This document shows, in pieces, positions 1 through 13,300 of a DNA stretch of 64,000 nucleotides. A model generated the notes under the pieces. It saw only the letters and a list, made by a program, of their open reading frames with translations. It searched no databases and was not told the origin of the DNA. Source of the DNA: Balanoglossus misakiensis (lineage: Eukaryota > Animalia > Hemichordata). The position numbers were made by a program, and so were the translations under genes. Position 1 is the stretch's first letter, and the number at the start of each line of letters is the position of its first letter. The DNA lies in assembly GCA_040954595.2 (NCBI GenBank), contig CM082594.2, positions 6,716,840 through 6,780,839 of the forward strand, given 5' to 3'.

Positions 1-36
1 CAGAGATTTCGTCCACATTACTCATTTCCACAGAAG
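1..36 (+). CDS. 3' end of a Thr/Ser-rich exon (…EISSTLLISTE), truncated by the window edge
   Basis: Ends CAGAAG|gtaggt (phase 1). Near-identical to the end of exon 3958-4113 (CAGAGATTTCATCGACATTACTCATCTCCACAGAAG|gtatgt). Confidence 0.75.
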
Positions 37-200
37 GTAGGTCTATACTAATTGCATATGAATGATCCTAACAAACAAGTTCAAAAGATAAGATGCAGTA
101 AATTCTAATTTTTAGTAATGAGTCATCTTTTAAGAAAATAATATCTATTTTTTTCCATCATTCATCTTTTACTTAAAATTAATCGTACTTCCGATAAAAG

Positions 201-974
201 AAACTACAGCCCAAATCACCACAATGGAACAGACTACAGTACAAGATACAACTGAGTTATCTACACCAGTTGTTACAACACCGGATGTTACATCACCAGA
301 AGTTACAACACCAGAAGTTACAACACCAGAAGTTACAACACCAGAAGTTACAACACTAGAAGTTACATCACCAGAAGTTACAACACCAGTTGTTACATCA
401 CCAGAAGTTACAACACCAGAAGTTACATCACCAGAAGTTACAACACCAGAAGTTACAACACCAGAAGTTACAAAATCAGAAGTTACAACACCAGTTGTTA
501 CATCACCAGACGTTACAACACCTGATGTTACATCACCAGAAGTTACAACACCAGTTCCAACATCATCAGATGTTACAACACCAGATGTTACATCACCAGA
601 AGTTACATCACTAGAAGTTACAACACCGGATGTTACATCACCAGAAGTTACAACACCAGAAGTTACATCACCAGAAGTTACAACACCAGAAGTTACATCA
701 CTAGAAGTTACATCACCAGAAGTTACAACACCAGTTGTTACATCACCAGAAGTTACAACACCAGAAGTTACATCACCAGAAGTTACAACACCAGAAGTTA
801 CAACACCAGAAGTTACAAAATCAGAAGTTACAACACCAGTTGTTACATCACCAGACGTTACAACACCTGATGTTACATCACCAGAAGTTACAACACCAGC
901 TGTTTCATCACCGTTACTTTCAACAGAAGAAGTTACTACTGCATATAAGTCAACACTTGCTGCTTCCACTGAAG
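201..974 (+). CDS. Mucin-like exon with (PEVTT/PEVTS)n pentapeptide repeats
   Basis: Acceptor gataaaag|AA ACT ACA and donor GAA G|gtatga. 774 nt, phase 1-1, same frame as ORF 224..985. Confidence 0.85.
265..900 (+). repeat. 15-bp coding tandem repeat (ccagaagttacaaca / ccagaagttacatca), ~42 units
   Basis: Periodicity is directly visible and encodes PEVTT/PEVTS/PDVTT. Confidence 0.95.
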
Positions 975-1089
975 GTATGATTTGACAAAATGGATTTTTA
1001 CAATCAATGGCGAACTTTTGTGAGATTAACAAGTACATGAGTAATGATGATATATAACAATATGCATTTTTTTGTCAATGATGTTTCAG

Positions 1090-1197
1090 CTCCAACAACA
1101 AGACTTCAGACATCACAGCGTTCAACCAGTACCCCAACAGCAGCACCAACCACAATTAAACAAGACACAACAACTGCAATGATTACACCAACTGAAG
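1090..1197 (+). CDS. Thr-rich linker exon (APTTRLQTSQRSTSTPTAAPTTIKQDTTTAMITPTE)
   Basis: tttcag|CT … GAA G|gtacat. 108 nt, phase 1-1, open. Confidence 0.8.
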
Positions 1198-1316
1198 GTA
1201 CATGTCATCACGTTTCATTGAGTGGATTTATAGAAGTGCATCACTAACAATGTGTCTTTCATTTTAAACTGTTTTGTAACATAAAAAAATATCAATTCTC
1301 TCCCTTTTCTCTACAG

Positions 1317-1505
1317 CTGCAGTATGTGGACACCCTGGTGTTCCTGCATATGGTTTCATCCTTCCAGAAAACATAACATTTCCTGTTCAGCCTGACGTAG
1401 AAGTTAGTTTTGGTTGTTGTGAAACCTATGAACTTGTTGGCAGTGTGACTTTAACATGTATGGGTGATGGTTCTTGGGACTTCAACACACCAGTTTGTAA
1501 TCCAG
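1317..1505 (+). CDS. Sushi/CCP domain exon 1 (VCGHPGVPAYG…SFGCCETYELVGSVTLTCMGDGSWDFNTPVCNP)
   Basis: Strong polypyrimidine acceptor ttctctacag| and donor CCA G|gtatgt. 189 nt, phase 1-1. Matches the CCP pattern C..P…F.C..Y.L.G….C…G.W….P.C. Missed by the ORF track. Confidence 0.9.
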
Positions 1506-1691
1506 GTATGTCAACACCAAAATTTATCTCTATAAGATATAGATACTGTTCTGCAAAAAATGTCCACTATGGTTATACATTGGATCATTGAAAAAAAGTC
1601 TAACAATATAAATTAAGCTGTCATTTCACTAATTCATATTGATGGTTTTCTGTTAACATTCCACCTTGTCCTTATTTAACTTGCATTTTAG

Positions 1692-2111
1692 TCTGCAAGC
1701 CCTGGCCAGAAGAAAAAGCATACAATGGTTCCTGCTACCACATTCCACTTACCAAAGATGGTGCAAACCTCAGAAGTGACTTTTATGGAGCCGATGAATA
1801 TTGCCAAAGTCAAGGGTATTATTTGGCTAGTATTGGAAGTTACGGTGAACATGAGTTTATTAAATCTGTTCTGAGGAGCGATCCTTTCCATAAATGGCGA
1901 TATTTCACTGGAGCAACAAGGGTAAATGGAGAATGGATATGGGTATCAGGCCATCAATGGACCTATGAACCATGGCGTGACACTATTGATCCACCAGAAC
2001 CAAACGATGGGGAAATAAAACAATGTGCTGTTCTAATAAAGACTCATCAAGACACATATGACATGGAAGACAGGGAATGTGGCCAGCCAAGATACATACT
2101 TTGCGAAAGAG
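1692..2111 (+). CDS. C-type lectin domain exon, long form with 6 Cys and an EPN motif
   Basis: cattttag|TC TGC … AGA G|gtatgc. 420 nt, phase 1-1. Translation includes YNGSCYH, ADEYCQSQGYYLASI, EHEFI, GEWIWVSG, YEPW, EPND, QCAVL, DREC and YILCER. Confidence 0.92.
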
Positions 2112-2308
2112 GTATGCTTAAAGTTATTACTAAATGTTGATGAGGAAAGAACTTTCTGATTCCTGATCAAAAATAAATATTTCAGTTCAATTTCATGTGT
2201 AATTGATCCCACCCATTGTATGGTACATATATAATGCTAGTTCCTATACCAATGTAGAATTTTCACTTCTATACGTCAACTGTTTTGCATTGATAATTGT
2301 TTATTCAG

Positions 2309-2527
2309 GCAATACAATTCTGTGTGAAGATCCTGGTGTGCCTGTTGATGGACAACTTATCACTTCAATCACCTTTCCTGCCTTTATGGGTCAGACAATT
2401 TCTTTTACATGCAATGATGGCTATGAGCTGATTGGAAGTGAAACCATTCTCTGTGAAGCAGTTGGAAACATAACTTGCCCAACTGGATACAGATGGAATG
2501 ATACATTACCTTTATGTGTCCCACCAA
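2309..2527 (+). CDS. Sushi/CCP domain exon 2 (LCEDPGVPVDG…ISFTCNDGYELIGSETILC…WNDTLPLCVP)
   Basis: ttattcag|GC … CCA A|gtgagt. 219 nt, phase 1-1, CCP consensus. Confidence 0.9.
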
Positions 2528-2649
2528 GTGAGTCATTTTATATAACATTACGATGATTTCAGTTTCTCAAAACACAGTAAAATTTTTAAGAAATTATTTA
2601 CTTGTCACAGACCTAATTTAATGACCATAACTTCTCACAAATTATTCAG

Positions 2650-2826
2650 CTGTGTGCTTGGAACCACAACTGGTAGACCCTGTCATCTTAAGATACACTG
2701 TGAGATTCCCTGTTGATGATGGAACTGTTTTGCCAGTAATCTGCAATCCTTCATACTACATCTTGAATGGAGATCCCACAATAACATGTGTAAATGGCAC
2801 TTGGGAAGGTGAAGCTAACTGTACAG
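2650..2826 (+). CDS. Sushi/CCP domain exon 3 (VCLEP…VICNPSYYILNGDPTITCVNGTWEGEANCT)
   Basis: attattcag|CT … ACA G|gtaagt. 177 nt, phase 1-1, four Cys plus Trp in CCP spacing. Confidence 0.85.
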
Positions 2827-2964
2827 GTAAGTTAGTTACTTTTGACTTCATCTCACAGCTGAGATTGATGTGACGGTAGTTTGGAAAATATGTTGTGATT
2901 TCTACCTTATGATACAATGAAACGTCATTTAATAATATTATGAAATAATTCTTTCATGTTGCAG

Positions 2965-3024
2965 AAACTACAACGCTTGAACCAGAAACTACCACACCAT
3001 TAACAGGAGCACCATGCAGTCTAG
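2965..3024 (+). CDS. Short linker exon (ETTTLEPETTTPLTGAPCSL)
   Basis: catgttgcag|AA … CTA G|gtaata. 60 nt, phase 1-1. Confidence 0.75.
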
Positions 3025-3180
3025 GTAATATTTGATTTGTGCATATCTGACCCGAAAGAAAATACCAACACACTACATATATACTATTTTACTTGAATTT
3101 AGCATAATATATGCACATTAACAAGTATATGGCACTATGAGTTTGTATTTTAATTTGGGAATTTACCTACTTCGCTTCAG

Positions 3181-3387
3181 GTAATAACCTGGCTCTTGGA
3201 CAGCCATCTGGTCAAAGCTCAGTTGCAAGTTTTGGGTCGCCTAGTCTGGCAAATGATGGGGATGATGACAGTGACTATTTCAGTTGTACTCACACCTTAT
3301 CGGAGAAGAATCCCTGGTGGAAAGTCAAACTTGATGGTGTTTACACAGTATCCACAATTACTATCATGAATGGAGGAGAGTCCTTTG
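3181..3387 (+). CDS. F-type lectin (fucolectin/FTP) domain, N-terminal exon (NLALGQPSGQSS…LANDGD…SCTHTLSEKNPWWKVKLDGVYTVSTITIMN)
   Basis: cgcttcag|GT … TTT G|gtgagt. 207 nt, phase 1-1. Hallmark motifs NLAL…QSS, A.DG, CTHT and NPWW.V.L. Confidence 0.88.
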
Positions 3388-3588
3388 GTGAGTGTAATAG
3401 AACAGTTAATTTCATACTTGAAGTGAGGTGCTTCAATTCTCTAGAGTGGTCATGTCTATTTCGATGATAGGTTATATGTAACATGTACAATTGTTAGCAG
3501 ACTGGTCTGATGTTGAGTGTAAGGAAACCTCATGTATTAGTGTAGAAAGGCAACATGATATATAACATTCTTCTATTACCATAAACAG

Positions 3589-3771
3589 ACAACATAGAAG
3601 TCCGAGTTGGATATGAGGAAACACTTTACACTAATACCCCATGTACTATACTGGGAAATGTGTCGAGTGGTGTGGAATTCCTTTGTGAAGACGATGGGAA
3701 CTATGTTCAAGTACGACTGATTGGTGAAAATGTACAGTTGACATTATGTGAAGTACAGATTTGTGGATATG
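3589..3771 (+). CDS. F-type lectin domain, C-terminal exon (NIEVRVG…NTPC…FLCEDDGNYVQVRLIGENVQLTLCEVQICG)
   Basis: ataaacag|AC … TAT G|gtaagg. 183 nt, phase 1-1. Motifs IEVRVG, G.YV.V.L and LTLCEV. Confidence 0.88.
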
Positions 3772-3957
3772 GTAAGGAAATCAACTATACATATTCAACT
3801 TGTTGTTCTGTGTCATTTACATTCATCTTTTAGATGATTGCTGCACTGTACATTTCAAGCTACAAACACACTGACACGCACATTTTCAACATTTCCATAT
3901 ACAGAGGAGATGTTTTTGTTTACAATGCAGTAAACAAGCTTATAATTATTTTTTCAG

Positions 3958-4113
3958 TGACATCTACAACCCCACCGACTACTGAAATGTACACAACAAC
4001 TGAAATTTCTACAACTCTTGAAATTACTTCATCGGAATTATCTTCTACATCAGAATTTACAACAATGGATGAGACCACAGAGATTTCATCGACATTACTC
4101 ATCTCCACAGAAG
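3958..4113 (+). CDS. Thr/Ser/Glu-rich linker exon (VTSTTPPTTEMYTTTEIS…LLISTE)
   Basis: ttttttcag|TG … GAA G|gtatgt. 156 nt, phase 1-1. Confidence 0.85.
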
Positions 4114-4349
4114 GTATGTCTTCATTTAACTGCACATGACAACCATGATAACACAAACTTTGCCAAAAGCTTCAAAGATTTAAGAATGTTACAGTAACAT
4201 GTACTAACTTTGTTGTCGAAATTGTTTCTCATTACTTTAGATTGATCATACTGTGTGACAGAAACAATGCCCTAATGACCCGTATTTAAGAAAATAATTT
4301 CCATTTTTTGCCATTTCCCCGTTAAAATTAATCATATTGCTGATGAAAG

Positions 4350-7300
4350 GTACAACTGCACCAGTCACTTCAATGGAACAGACTACAGTACAATATACAA
4401 CTGAGTTAACTACACCAGTTGCCACATCACCAGATGTTACATCACCAGAAGTTACAACACTAGATGTTACATCACCAGAAGTTACAACACCGGATGCCAC
4501 ATCACCAGTTGCCACATCACCAGTTGCCACATCACCAGATGTTACATCACCAGTTGCCACATCACCAGAAGTTACAACGCCAGTTGCAACATCACCAGTT
4601 GCCACATCACCAGATGTTACATCACCAGAAGTTACAACACCAGTTGCCACATCACCAGAAGTTACAACACAAGCTGTTTCAACACCAAAGGTAACTTCTG
4701 TGCGGTCTACTGAAACACAAGGCCCTACTACAACATTTGTTCCTGGAACAACAGAGACTCCAGGGACAACGGTAACTGAAGCACCCGTAACTACTGTATC
4801 AACACCAGAAGTGACTTCTGTGCAGTCTACTGAAACACAAGGCCCTACTACAACATTTGTTCCTGGAACAACAGGGACTCCAGGGACAACGGTAACTGAA
4901 GCACCCGTAACTACTGTATCAACACCAGAAGTGACTTCTGTGCAGTCTACTGAAACACAAGGCCCTACTACAACATTTGTTCCTGGAACAACAGTGACAC
5001 CAGGGACAACGGTAACTGAAGCACCCGTAACTACTGTATCAACACCAGAAGTGACTTCTGTGCAGTCTACTGAAACACAAGGCCATACTACAACATTTGT
5101 TCCTGGAACAACAGTGACTCCAGGGACAACGGTAACTGAAGCACCAGTAACAACTGTATCAACACCAGAAGTGACTTCTGTGCAGTCTACTGAAACACAA
5201 GGCCCTACTACAACATTTGTTCCTGGAACAACAGTGACACCAGGGACAACGGTAACTGAAGCACCCGTAACTACTGTATCAACACTGGAAGTGACTTCTG
5301 TGCAGTCTACTGAAACACAAGGCCCTACTACAACATTTGTTCCTGGAACAACAGTGACTCCAGGGACAACGGTAACTAAAGCACCAGTAACTACTGTATC
5401 AACACCAGAAGTGACTTCTGTGCAGTCTACTGAAACACAAGGCCCTACTACAACATTTGTTCCTGAAACAACAGTGACTCCAGGGACAACGGTAACTGAA
5501 GCACCCGCAACTACTGTATCAACACCAGAAGTGACTTCTGTGCTGTCTACTGAAACACAAGGCCCTACTACAACATTTGTTCCTGGAACAACAGTGACTC
5601 CAGGGACAACGGTAACTGAAGCACCCGTAACTACTGTATCAACACCAAAAGTGACTTCTGTGCAGTCTACTGAAACACAAGGCCCTACTACAACATTTGT
5701 TCCTGGAACAACAGTGACTCCAGGGACAACGGTAACTGAAGCACCCGTAACTACTGTATCAACACTGGAAGTGACTTCTGTGCAGTCTACTGAAACACAA
5801 GGCCCTACTACAACATTTGTTCCTGGAACAACAGTGACTCCAGGGACAACGGTAACTGAAGCACCCGTAACTACTGTATCAACACCAAAAGTGACTTCTG
5901 TGCAGTCTACTGAAACACAAGGCCCTACTACAACATTTGTTCCTGGAACAACAGTGACTCCAGGGACAACGGTAACTGAAGCACCCGTAACTACTGTATC
6001 AACACTGGAAGTGACTTCTGTGCAGTCTACTGAAACACAAGGCCCTACTACAACATTTGTTCCTGGAACAACAGTGACTCCAGGGACAACGGTAACTGAA
6101 GCACCCGTAACTACTGTATCAACACCAAAAGTGACTTCTGTGCAGTCTACTGAAACACAAGGCCCTACTACAACATTTGTTCCTGGAACAACAGTGACTC
6201 CAGGGACAACGGTAACTGAAGCACCCGTAACTACTGTATCAACACTGGAAGTGACTTCTGTGCAGTCTACTGAAACACAAGGCCCTACTACAACATTTGT
6301 TCCTGGAACAACAGTGACTCCAGTAACTAAAGCACCAGTAACTACTGTATCAACACCAGAAGTGACTTCTGTGCAGTCTACTGAAACACAAGGCCCTACT
6401 ACAACATTGGTTCCTGGAACAACAGTGACTCCAGGGACAACGGTAACTGAAGCACCCGTAACTACTGTATCAACACCAAAAGTGACTTCTGTGCAGTCTA
6501 CTGAAACACAAGGCCCTACTACAACATTTGTTCCTGGAACAACAGTGACTCCAGGGACAACGGTAACTGAAGCACCCGTAACTACTGTATCAACACCAGA
6601 AGTGACTTCTATGCAGTCTACTGAAACACAAGGCCCTACTACAACATTTGTTCCTGAAACAACAGTGACTCCACGGACAACGGTAACTGAAGCACCCGTA
6701 ACTTCTGTATCAACACCAAAAGTGACTTCTGTGCAGTCAACAGAAACACAAGGCCCTACTACAACATTTGTTCCTGGAACAACAGTGACTCCAGGGACAA
6801 CGGTAACTGCAACACCCGTAACTACTGTATCAACACCAGAAGTGACTTCTGTGCAGTCTACAGAAACACAAGGACCTACAACAACATTTGCTCCTGGAAC
6901 AACAGTGACTCCAGGGACAACGGTAACTGCAACACCCGTAACTACTGTATCAACACCAGAAGTGACTTCTGTGCAGTCTACTGAAACACAAGGCCCTACT
7001 ACAACATTTGTTCCTGGGACAACATTGACTCCAGGGACAACAATAACTGAAGCACCTGTAACAACTGTATCAACACCAGAAGTGACTTCTGTGCAGTCTA
7101 CTGAAACACAAGGACCTACAACAACATTTGTTCCTGGAACAACAGGGACTCCAGGGACAACGGTAACTGAAGCACCCGTAACTACTGTATCAACACCAGA
7201 AGTGACTTCTGTGCAGTCTACTGAAACACAAGGACCTACAACAACATTTGCTCCTGGAACAACAGTGACTCCAGGGACAACGGTAACTGCAACACCCGTA

Positions 7301-10300
7301 ACTACTGTATCAACACCAGAAGTGACTTCTGTGCAGTCTACTGAAACACAAGGCCCTACAACAACACTTGCTCCTGGAACAACATTGACTCCAGGGACAA
7401 CGGTAACTGCAACACCCGTAACTACTGTATCAACACCAGAAGTGACTTCTGTGCAGTCTACTGAAACACAAGGCCCTACAACAACACTTGCTCCTGGAAC
7501 AACAGTGACTCCAGGGACAACGGTAACTGCAACACCCGTAACTACTGTATCAACACCAGAAGTGACTTCTGTGCAGTCTACTGAAACACAAGGCCCTACT
7601 ACAACATTTGTTCCTGGGACAACATTGACTCCAGGGACAACAATAACTGAAGCACCTGTAACAACTGTATCAACACCAGAAGTGACTTCTGTGCAGTCTA
7701 CTGAAACACAAGGCCCTACTTCAACATTTGTTCCTGGAACAACAGGGACTCCAGGGACAACGGTAACTGAAGCACCCGTAACTACTGTATCAACACCAGA
7801 AGTGACTTCTGTGCAGTCTACTGAAACACAAGGCCCTACTACAACATTTGTTCCTGGGACAACAGTGACTCCAGGGACAACGGTAACTGCAACACCCGTA
7901 ACTACTGTATCAACACCAGAAGTGACTTCTGTGCAGTCTACTGAAACACAAGGCCCTACTACAACATTTGTTCCTGGGACAACAGTGACTCCAGGGACAA
8001 CGGTAACTGCAACACCCGTAACTACTGTATCAACACCAGAAGTGACTTCTGTGCAGTCTACTGAAACACAAGGCCCTACTACAACATTTGTTCCTGGGAC
8101 AACAGTGACTCCAGGGACAACGGTAACTGCAACACCCGTAACTACTGTGTCAACACCAGAAGTGACTTCTGTGCAGTCTACTGAAACACAAGGCCCTACT
8201 ACAACATTTGTTCCTGGGACAACAGTGACTCCAGGGACAACGGTAACTGAAGCACCAGTAACAACTGTATCAACACTGGAAGTGACTTCTGTGCAGTCTA
8301 CTGAAACACAAGGCCCTACTACAACATTTGTTCCTAGGACAACAGTGACTCCAGGGACAACGGCAACTGAAGCAACCGTAACTACTGTATCAACACCAGA
8401 AGTGACTTCTGTGCAGTCTACTGAAACACAAGGCCCTACTTCAATATTTGTTCCTGGAACAACAGTGACTCCAGGGACAACGGTAACTGAAGCACCCGTA
8501 ACTACTGTATCAACACCAGAAGTGACTTCTGTGCAGTCTACTGAAACACAAGGCCCTACTACAACATTTGTTCCTGGAACAACAGTGACTCCAGGGACAA
8601 CGGTAACTGAAGCACCAGTAACAACTGTATCAACACCAGAAGTGACTTCTGTGCAGTCTACTGAAACACAAGGCCCTACTACAACATTTGTTCCTGGAAC
8701 AACAGTGACTCCAGGGACAACAGTAACTGCAACACCCGTAACTACTGTATCAACACCAAAAGTGACTTCTGTGCAGTCTACTGAAACACAAGGCCCTACT
8801 ACAACATTTGTTCCTGGAACAACAGTGACTCCAGGGACAACGGTAACTGAAGCACCCGTAACTACTGTATCAATACCAGAAGTGACTTCTGTGCAGTCTA
8901 CTGAAACACAGGGCCCTACTACAACATTTGTTCCTGGAACAACAGTGACTCCAGGGACAACGGTAACTGAAGCACCCGTAACTACTGTATCAACACTGGA
9001 AGTGACTTCTGTGCAGTCTACTGAAACACAAGGCCCTACTACAACATTTGTTCCTGGAACAACAGTGACTCCAGGGACAACGGTAACTAAAGCACCAGTA
9101 ACTACTGTATCAACACCAGAAGTGACTTCTGTGCAGTCTACTGAAACACAAGGCCCTACTACAACATTTGTTCCTGAAACAACAGTGACTCCAGGGACAA
9201 CGGTAACTGAAGCACCCGCAACTACTGTATCAACACCAGAAGTGACTTCTGTGCAGTCTACTGAAACACAAGGCCCTACTACAACATTTGTTCCTGGAAC
9301 AACAGTGACTCCAGGGACAACGGTAACTGAAGCACCCGTAACTACTGTATCAACACCACAAGTGACGTCTGTGCAGTCTACTGAAACACAAGGCCCTACT
9401 ACAACATTTGTTCCAGGAACAACAGTGACTCCAGGGACAACGGTAACTGAACCACCCGTAACTACTGTATCAACACCAGAAGTGACTTCTGTGCAGTCTA
9501 CTGAAACACAAGGCCCTACTACAACATTTGTTCCTGGAACAACAGTGACTCCAGGGACAACAATAACTGAAGCACCAGTAACAACTGTATCAACACCACA
9601 AGTGACGTCTGTGCAGTCTACTGAAACACAAGGTCCTACTACAACATTTGTTCCTGGAACAACAGTGACTCCAGGGACAACGGTAACTGAAGCACCTGTA
9701 ACTACTGTATCAACACCACAAGTGACTTCTGTGCAATCTACTGAAACACAAGGCCCTACTACAACATTTGTTCCTGGAACAACAGTGACTCCAGGGACAA
9801 CGGTAACTGACGCACCAGTAACAACTGTATCAACACCAAAAGTGACTTCTGTGCAGTCGACAGAAACACAAGGCCCTACAACAACACTTGCTCCTGGAAC
9901 AACATTGACTCCAGGGACAACAGTAACTGAAGCACCAGTAACAACTGTATCAACACCAGAAGTGACTTCTGTGCAGTCTACTGAAACACAAGGCCCTACA
10001 ACAACACTTGCTCCTGGAACAACATTGACTCCAGGGACAACAGTAACTGAAGCACCAGTAACAACTGTATCAACACCAGAAGTGACTTCTGTACAGTCTA
10101 CTGAAACACAAGGCCCTACTACAACATTTGTTCCTGGGACAACAGTGACTCCAGGGACAACGGTAACTGAAGCACCAGTAACAACTGTATCAACACTGGA
10201 AGTGACTTCTGTGCAGTCTACTGAAACACAAGGCCCTACTACAACATTTGTTCCTGGGACAACAGTGACTCCAGGGACAACGGCAACTGAAGCACCAGTA

Positions 10301-13300
10301 ACTACTGTATCAACACCAGAAGTGACTTCTGTGCAGTCTACTGAAACACAAGGCCCTACTACAACATTTGTTCCTGGAACAACAGTGACTCCAGGGACAA
10401 CGGTAACTGAAGCAACCGTAACTGCTGTATCAACACCAGAAGTGACTTCTGTGCAGTCTACTGAAACACAAGGCCCTACTTCAACATTTGTTCCTGGAAC
10501 AACAGTGACTCCAGGGACAACGGTAACTGAAGCACCCGTAACTACTGTATCAACACCAGAAGTGACTTCTGTGCAGTCTACTGAAACACAAGGCCCTACT
10601 ACAACATTTGTTCCTGGAACAACAGTGACTCCAGGGACAACGGTAACTGAAGCACCCGTAACTACTGTATCAACACCAGAAGTGACTTCTGTGCAGTCTA
10701 CTGAAACACAAGGCCCTACTACAACATTTGTTCCTGGAACAACAGTGACTCCAGGGACAACAGTAACTGCAACACCCGTAACTACTGTATCAACACCAAA
10801 AGTGACTTCTGTGCAGTCTACTGAAACACAAGGCCCTACTACAACATTTGTTCCTGGAACAACAGTGACTCCAGGGACAACGGTAACTGAAGCACCCGTA
10901 ACTACTGTATCAACACCAGAAGTGACTTCTGTGCAGTCTACTGAAACACAAGGCCCTACTACAACATTTGTTCCTGGGACAACAGTGACTCCAGGGACAA
11001 CGGCAACTGAAGCACCAGTAACTACTGTATCAACACCAGAAGTGACTTCTGTGCAGTCTACTGAAACACAAGGCCCTACTACAACATTTGTTCCTGGAAC
11101 AACAGTGACTCCAGGGACAACGGTAACTGAAGCAACCGTAACTGCTGTATCAACACCAGAAGTGACTTCTGTGCAGTCTACTGAAACACAAGGCCCTACT
11201 TCAACATTTGTTCCTGGAACAACAGTGACACCAGGGACAACGGTAACTGAAGCACCCGTAACTACTGTATCAACACCAGAAGTGACTTCTGTGCAGTCTA
11301 CTGAAACACAAGGCCCTACTTCAACATTTGTTCCTGGAACAACAGTGACTCCAGGGACAACAGTAACTGCAACACCCGTAACTACTGTATCAACACCAAA
11401 AGTGACTTCTGTGCAGTCGACAGAAACACAAGGCCCTACTTCAACATTTGTTCCTGGAACAACAGTGACTCCAGGGACAACAATAACTGAAGAACCAGTT
11501 ACAACTGTATCAACACCAAAAGTGACTTCTGTGCAATCGACAGAAACACAAGGCCCTACAACAACATTTGTTCCTGGAACAACAGTGACTCCAGGGACAA
11601 CGGTAACTGAAGCACCCGTAACTACTGTATCAACACTGGAAGTGACTTCTGTGCAGTCTACTGAAACACAAGGCCCTACTACAACATTTGTTCCTGGAAC
11701 AACAGTGACTCCAGGGACAACGGTAACTAAAGCACCAGTAACTACTGTATCAACACCAGAAGTGACTTCTGTGCAGTCTACTGAAACACAAGGCCCTACT
11801 ACAACATTTGTTCCTGGAACAACGGTTACTCCAGGGACAACGGTAACTGAACCACCCGTAACTACTGTATCAACACCAGAAGTGACTTCTGTGCAGTCTA
11901 CTGAAACACAAGGCCCAACTACAACATTTGTTCCTGGAACGACAGTGACTCCAGGGACAACGGTAACTGAAGCACCCGTAACTACTGTTTCAACACCAGA
12001 AGTGACTTCTGTGCAGTCTACTGAAACACAAGGCCCTACAACAACACTTGCTCCTGCAACAACAGTGACTCCAGGGACAACGGTAACTGAAGCACCTGTA
12101 ACTACTGTATCAACACCACAAGTGACTTCTGTGCAGTCTACTGAAACACAAGGCCCTACTACAACATTTGTTCCTGGAACAACAGTGACTCCAGGGACAA
12201 CGGTAACTGACGCACCAGTAACAACTGTATCAACACCAAAAGTGACTTCTGTGCAGTCGACAGAAACACAAGGCCCTACAACAACACTTGCTCCTGGAAC
12301 AACATTGACTCCAGGGACAACAGTAACTGAAGCACCAGTAACAACTGTATCAACACCACAAGTGACTTCTGTGCAGTCTACTGAAACACAAGGCCCTACT
12401 ACAACATTTGTTCCTGGAACAACATTGACTCCAGGGACAACAGTAACTGAAGCACCAGTAACAACTGTATCAACACCAGAAGTGACTTCTGTGCAGTCTA
12501 CTGAAACACAAGGCCCTACAACAACACTTGCTCCTGGAACAACATTGACTCCAGGGACAACAGTAACTGAAGCACCAGTAACAACTGTATCAACACCAGA
12601 AGTGACTTCTGTGCAGTCTACTGAAACACAAGGCCCTACTACAACATTTGTTCCTGGAACAACAGTGACTCCAGGGACAACGGTAACTGACGCACCAGTA
12701 ACAACTGTATCAACACCAAAAGTGTCTTCTGTGCAGTCGACAGAAACAAAAGGCCCTACAACAACACTTGCTCCTGGAACAACATTGACTCCAGGGACAA
12801 CAGTAACTGAAGCACCTGTAACTACTGTATCAACACCACAAGTGACTTCTGTGCAGTCTACTGAAACACAAGGCCCTACTACAACATTTGTTCCTGGAAC
12901 AACAGTGACTCCGGGAACAACAGTAACTGAAGCACCAGTTACAACTATATCAACACCAGAAGTGACTTCTGTGCAGTCTACTGAAACACAAGGCCCTACA
13001 ACAACACTTGCTCCTGGAACAACATTGACTCCAGGGACAACAGTAACTGAAGCACCAGTAACAACTATATCAACACCAGAAGTGACTTCTGTGCAGTCTA
13101 CTGAAACACAAGGCCCTACAACAACACTTGCTCCTGGAACAACATTGACTCCAGGGACAACAGTAACTGAAGCACCAGTAACAACTGTATCAACACCAGA
13201 AGTGACTTCTGTGCAGTCTACTGAAACACAAGGCCCTACAACAACACTTGCTCCTGCAACAACATTGACTCCAGGGACAACAGTAACTGTATCACCAGTA

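Noticed and set aside
390-980. His/Gln-rich ORFs (LQHQK repeats; also 4464..4694 and the YHQQN ORF 62359..62757)
   Set aside because: Alternative frames of the 15-bp and 18-bp repeats, interrupted by stops and not in phase with the flanking exons.
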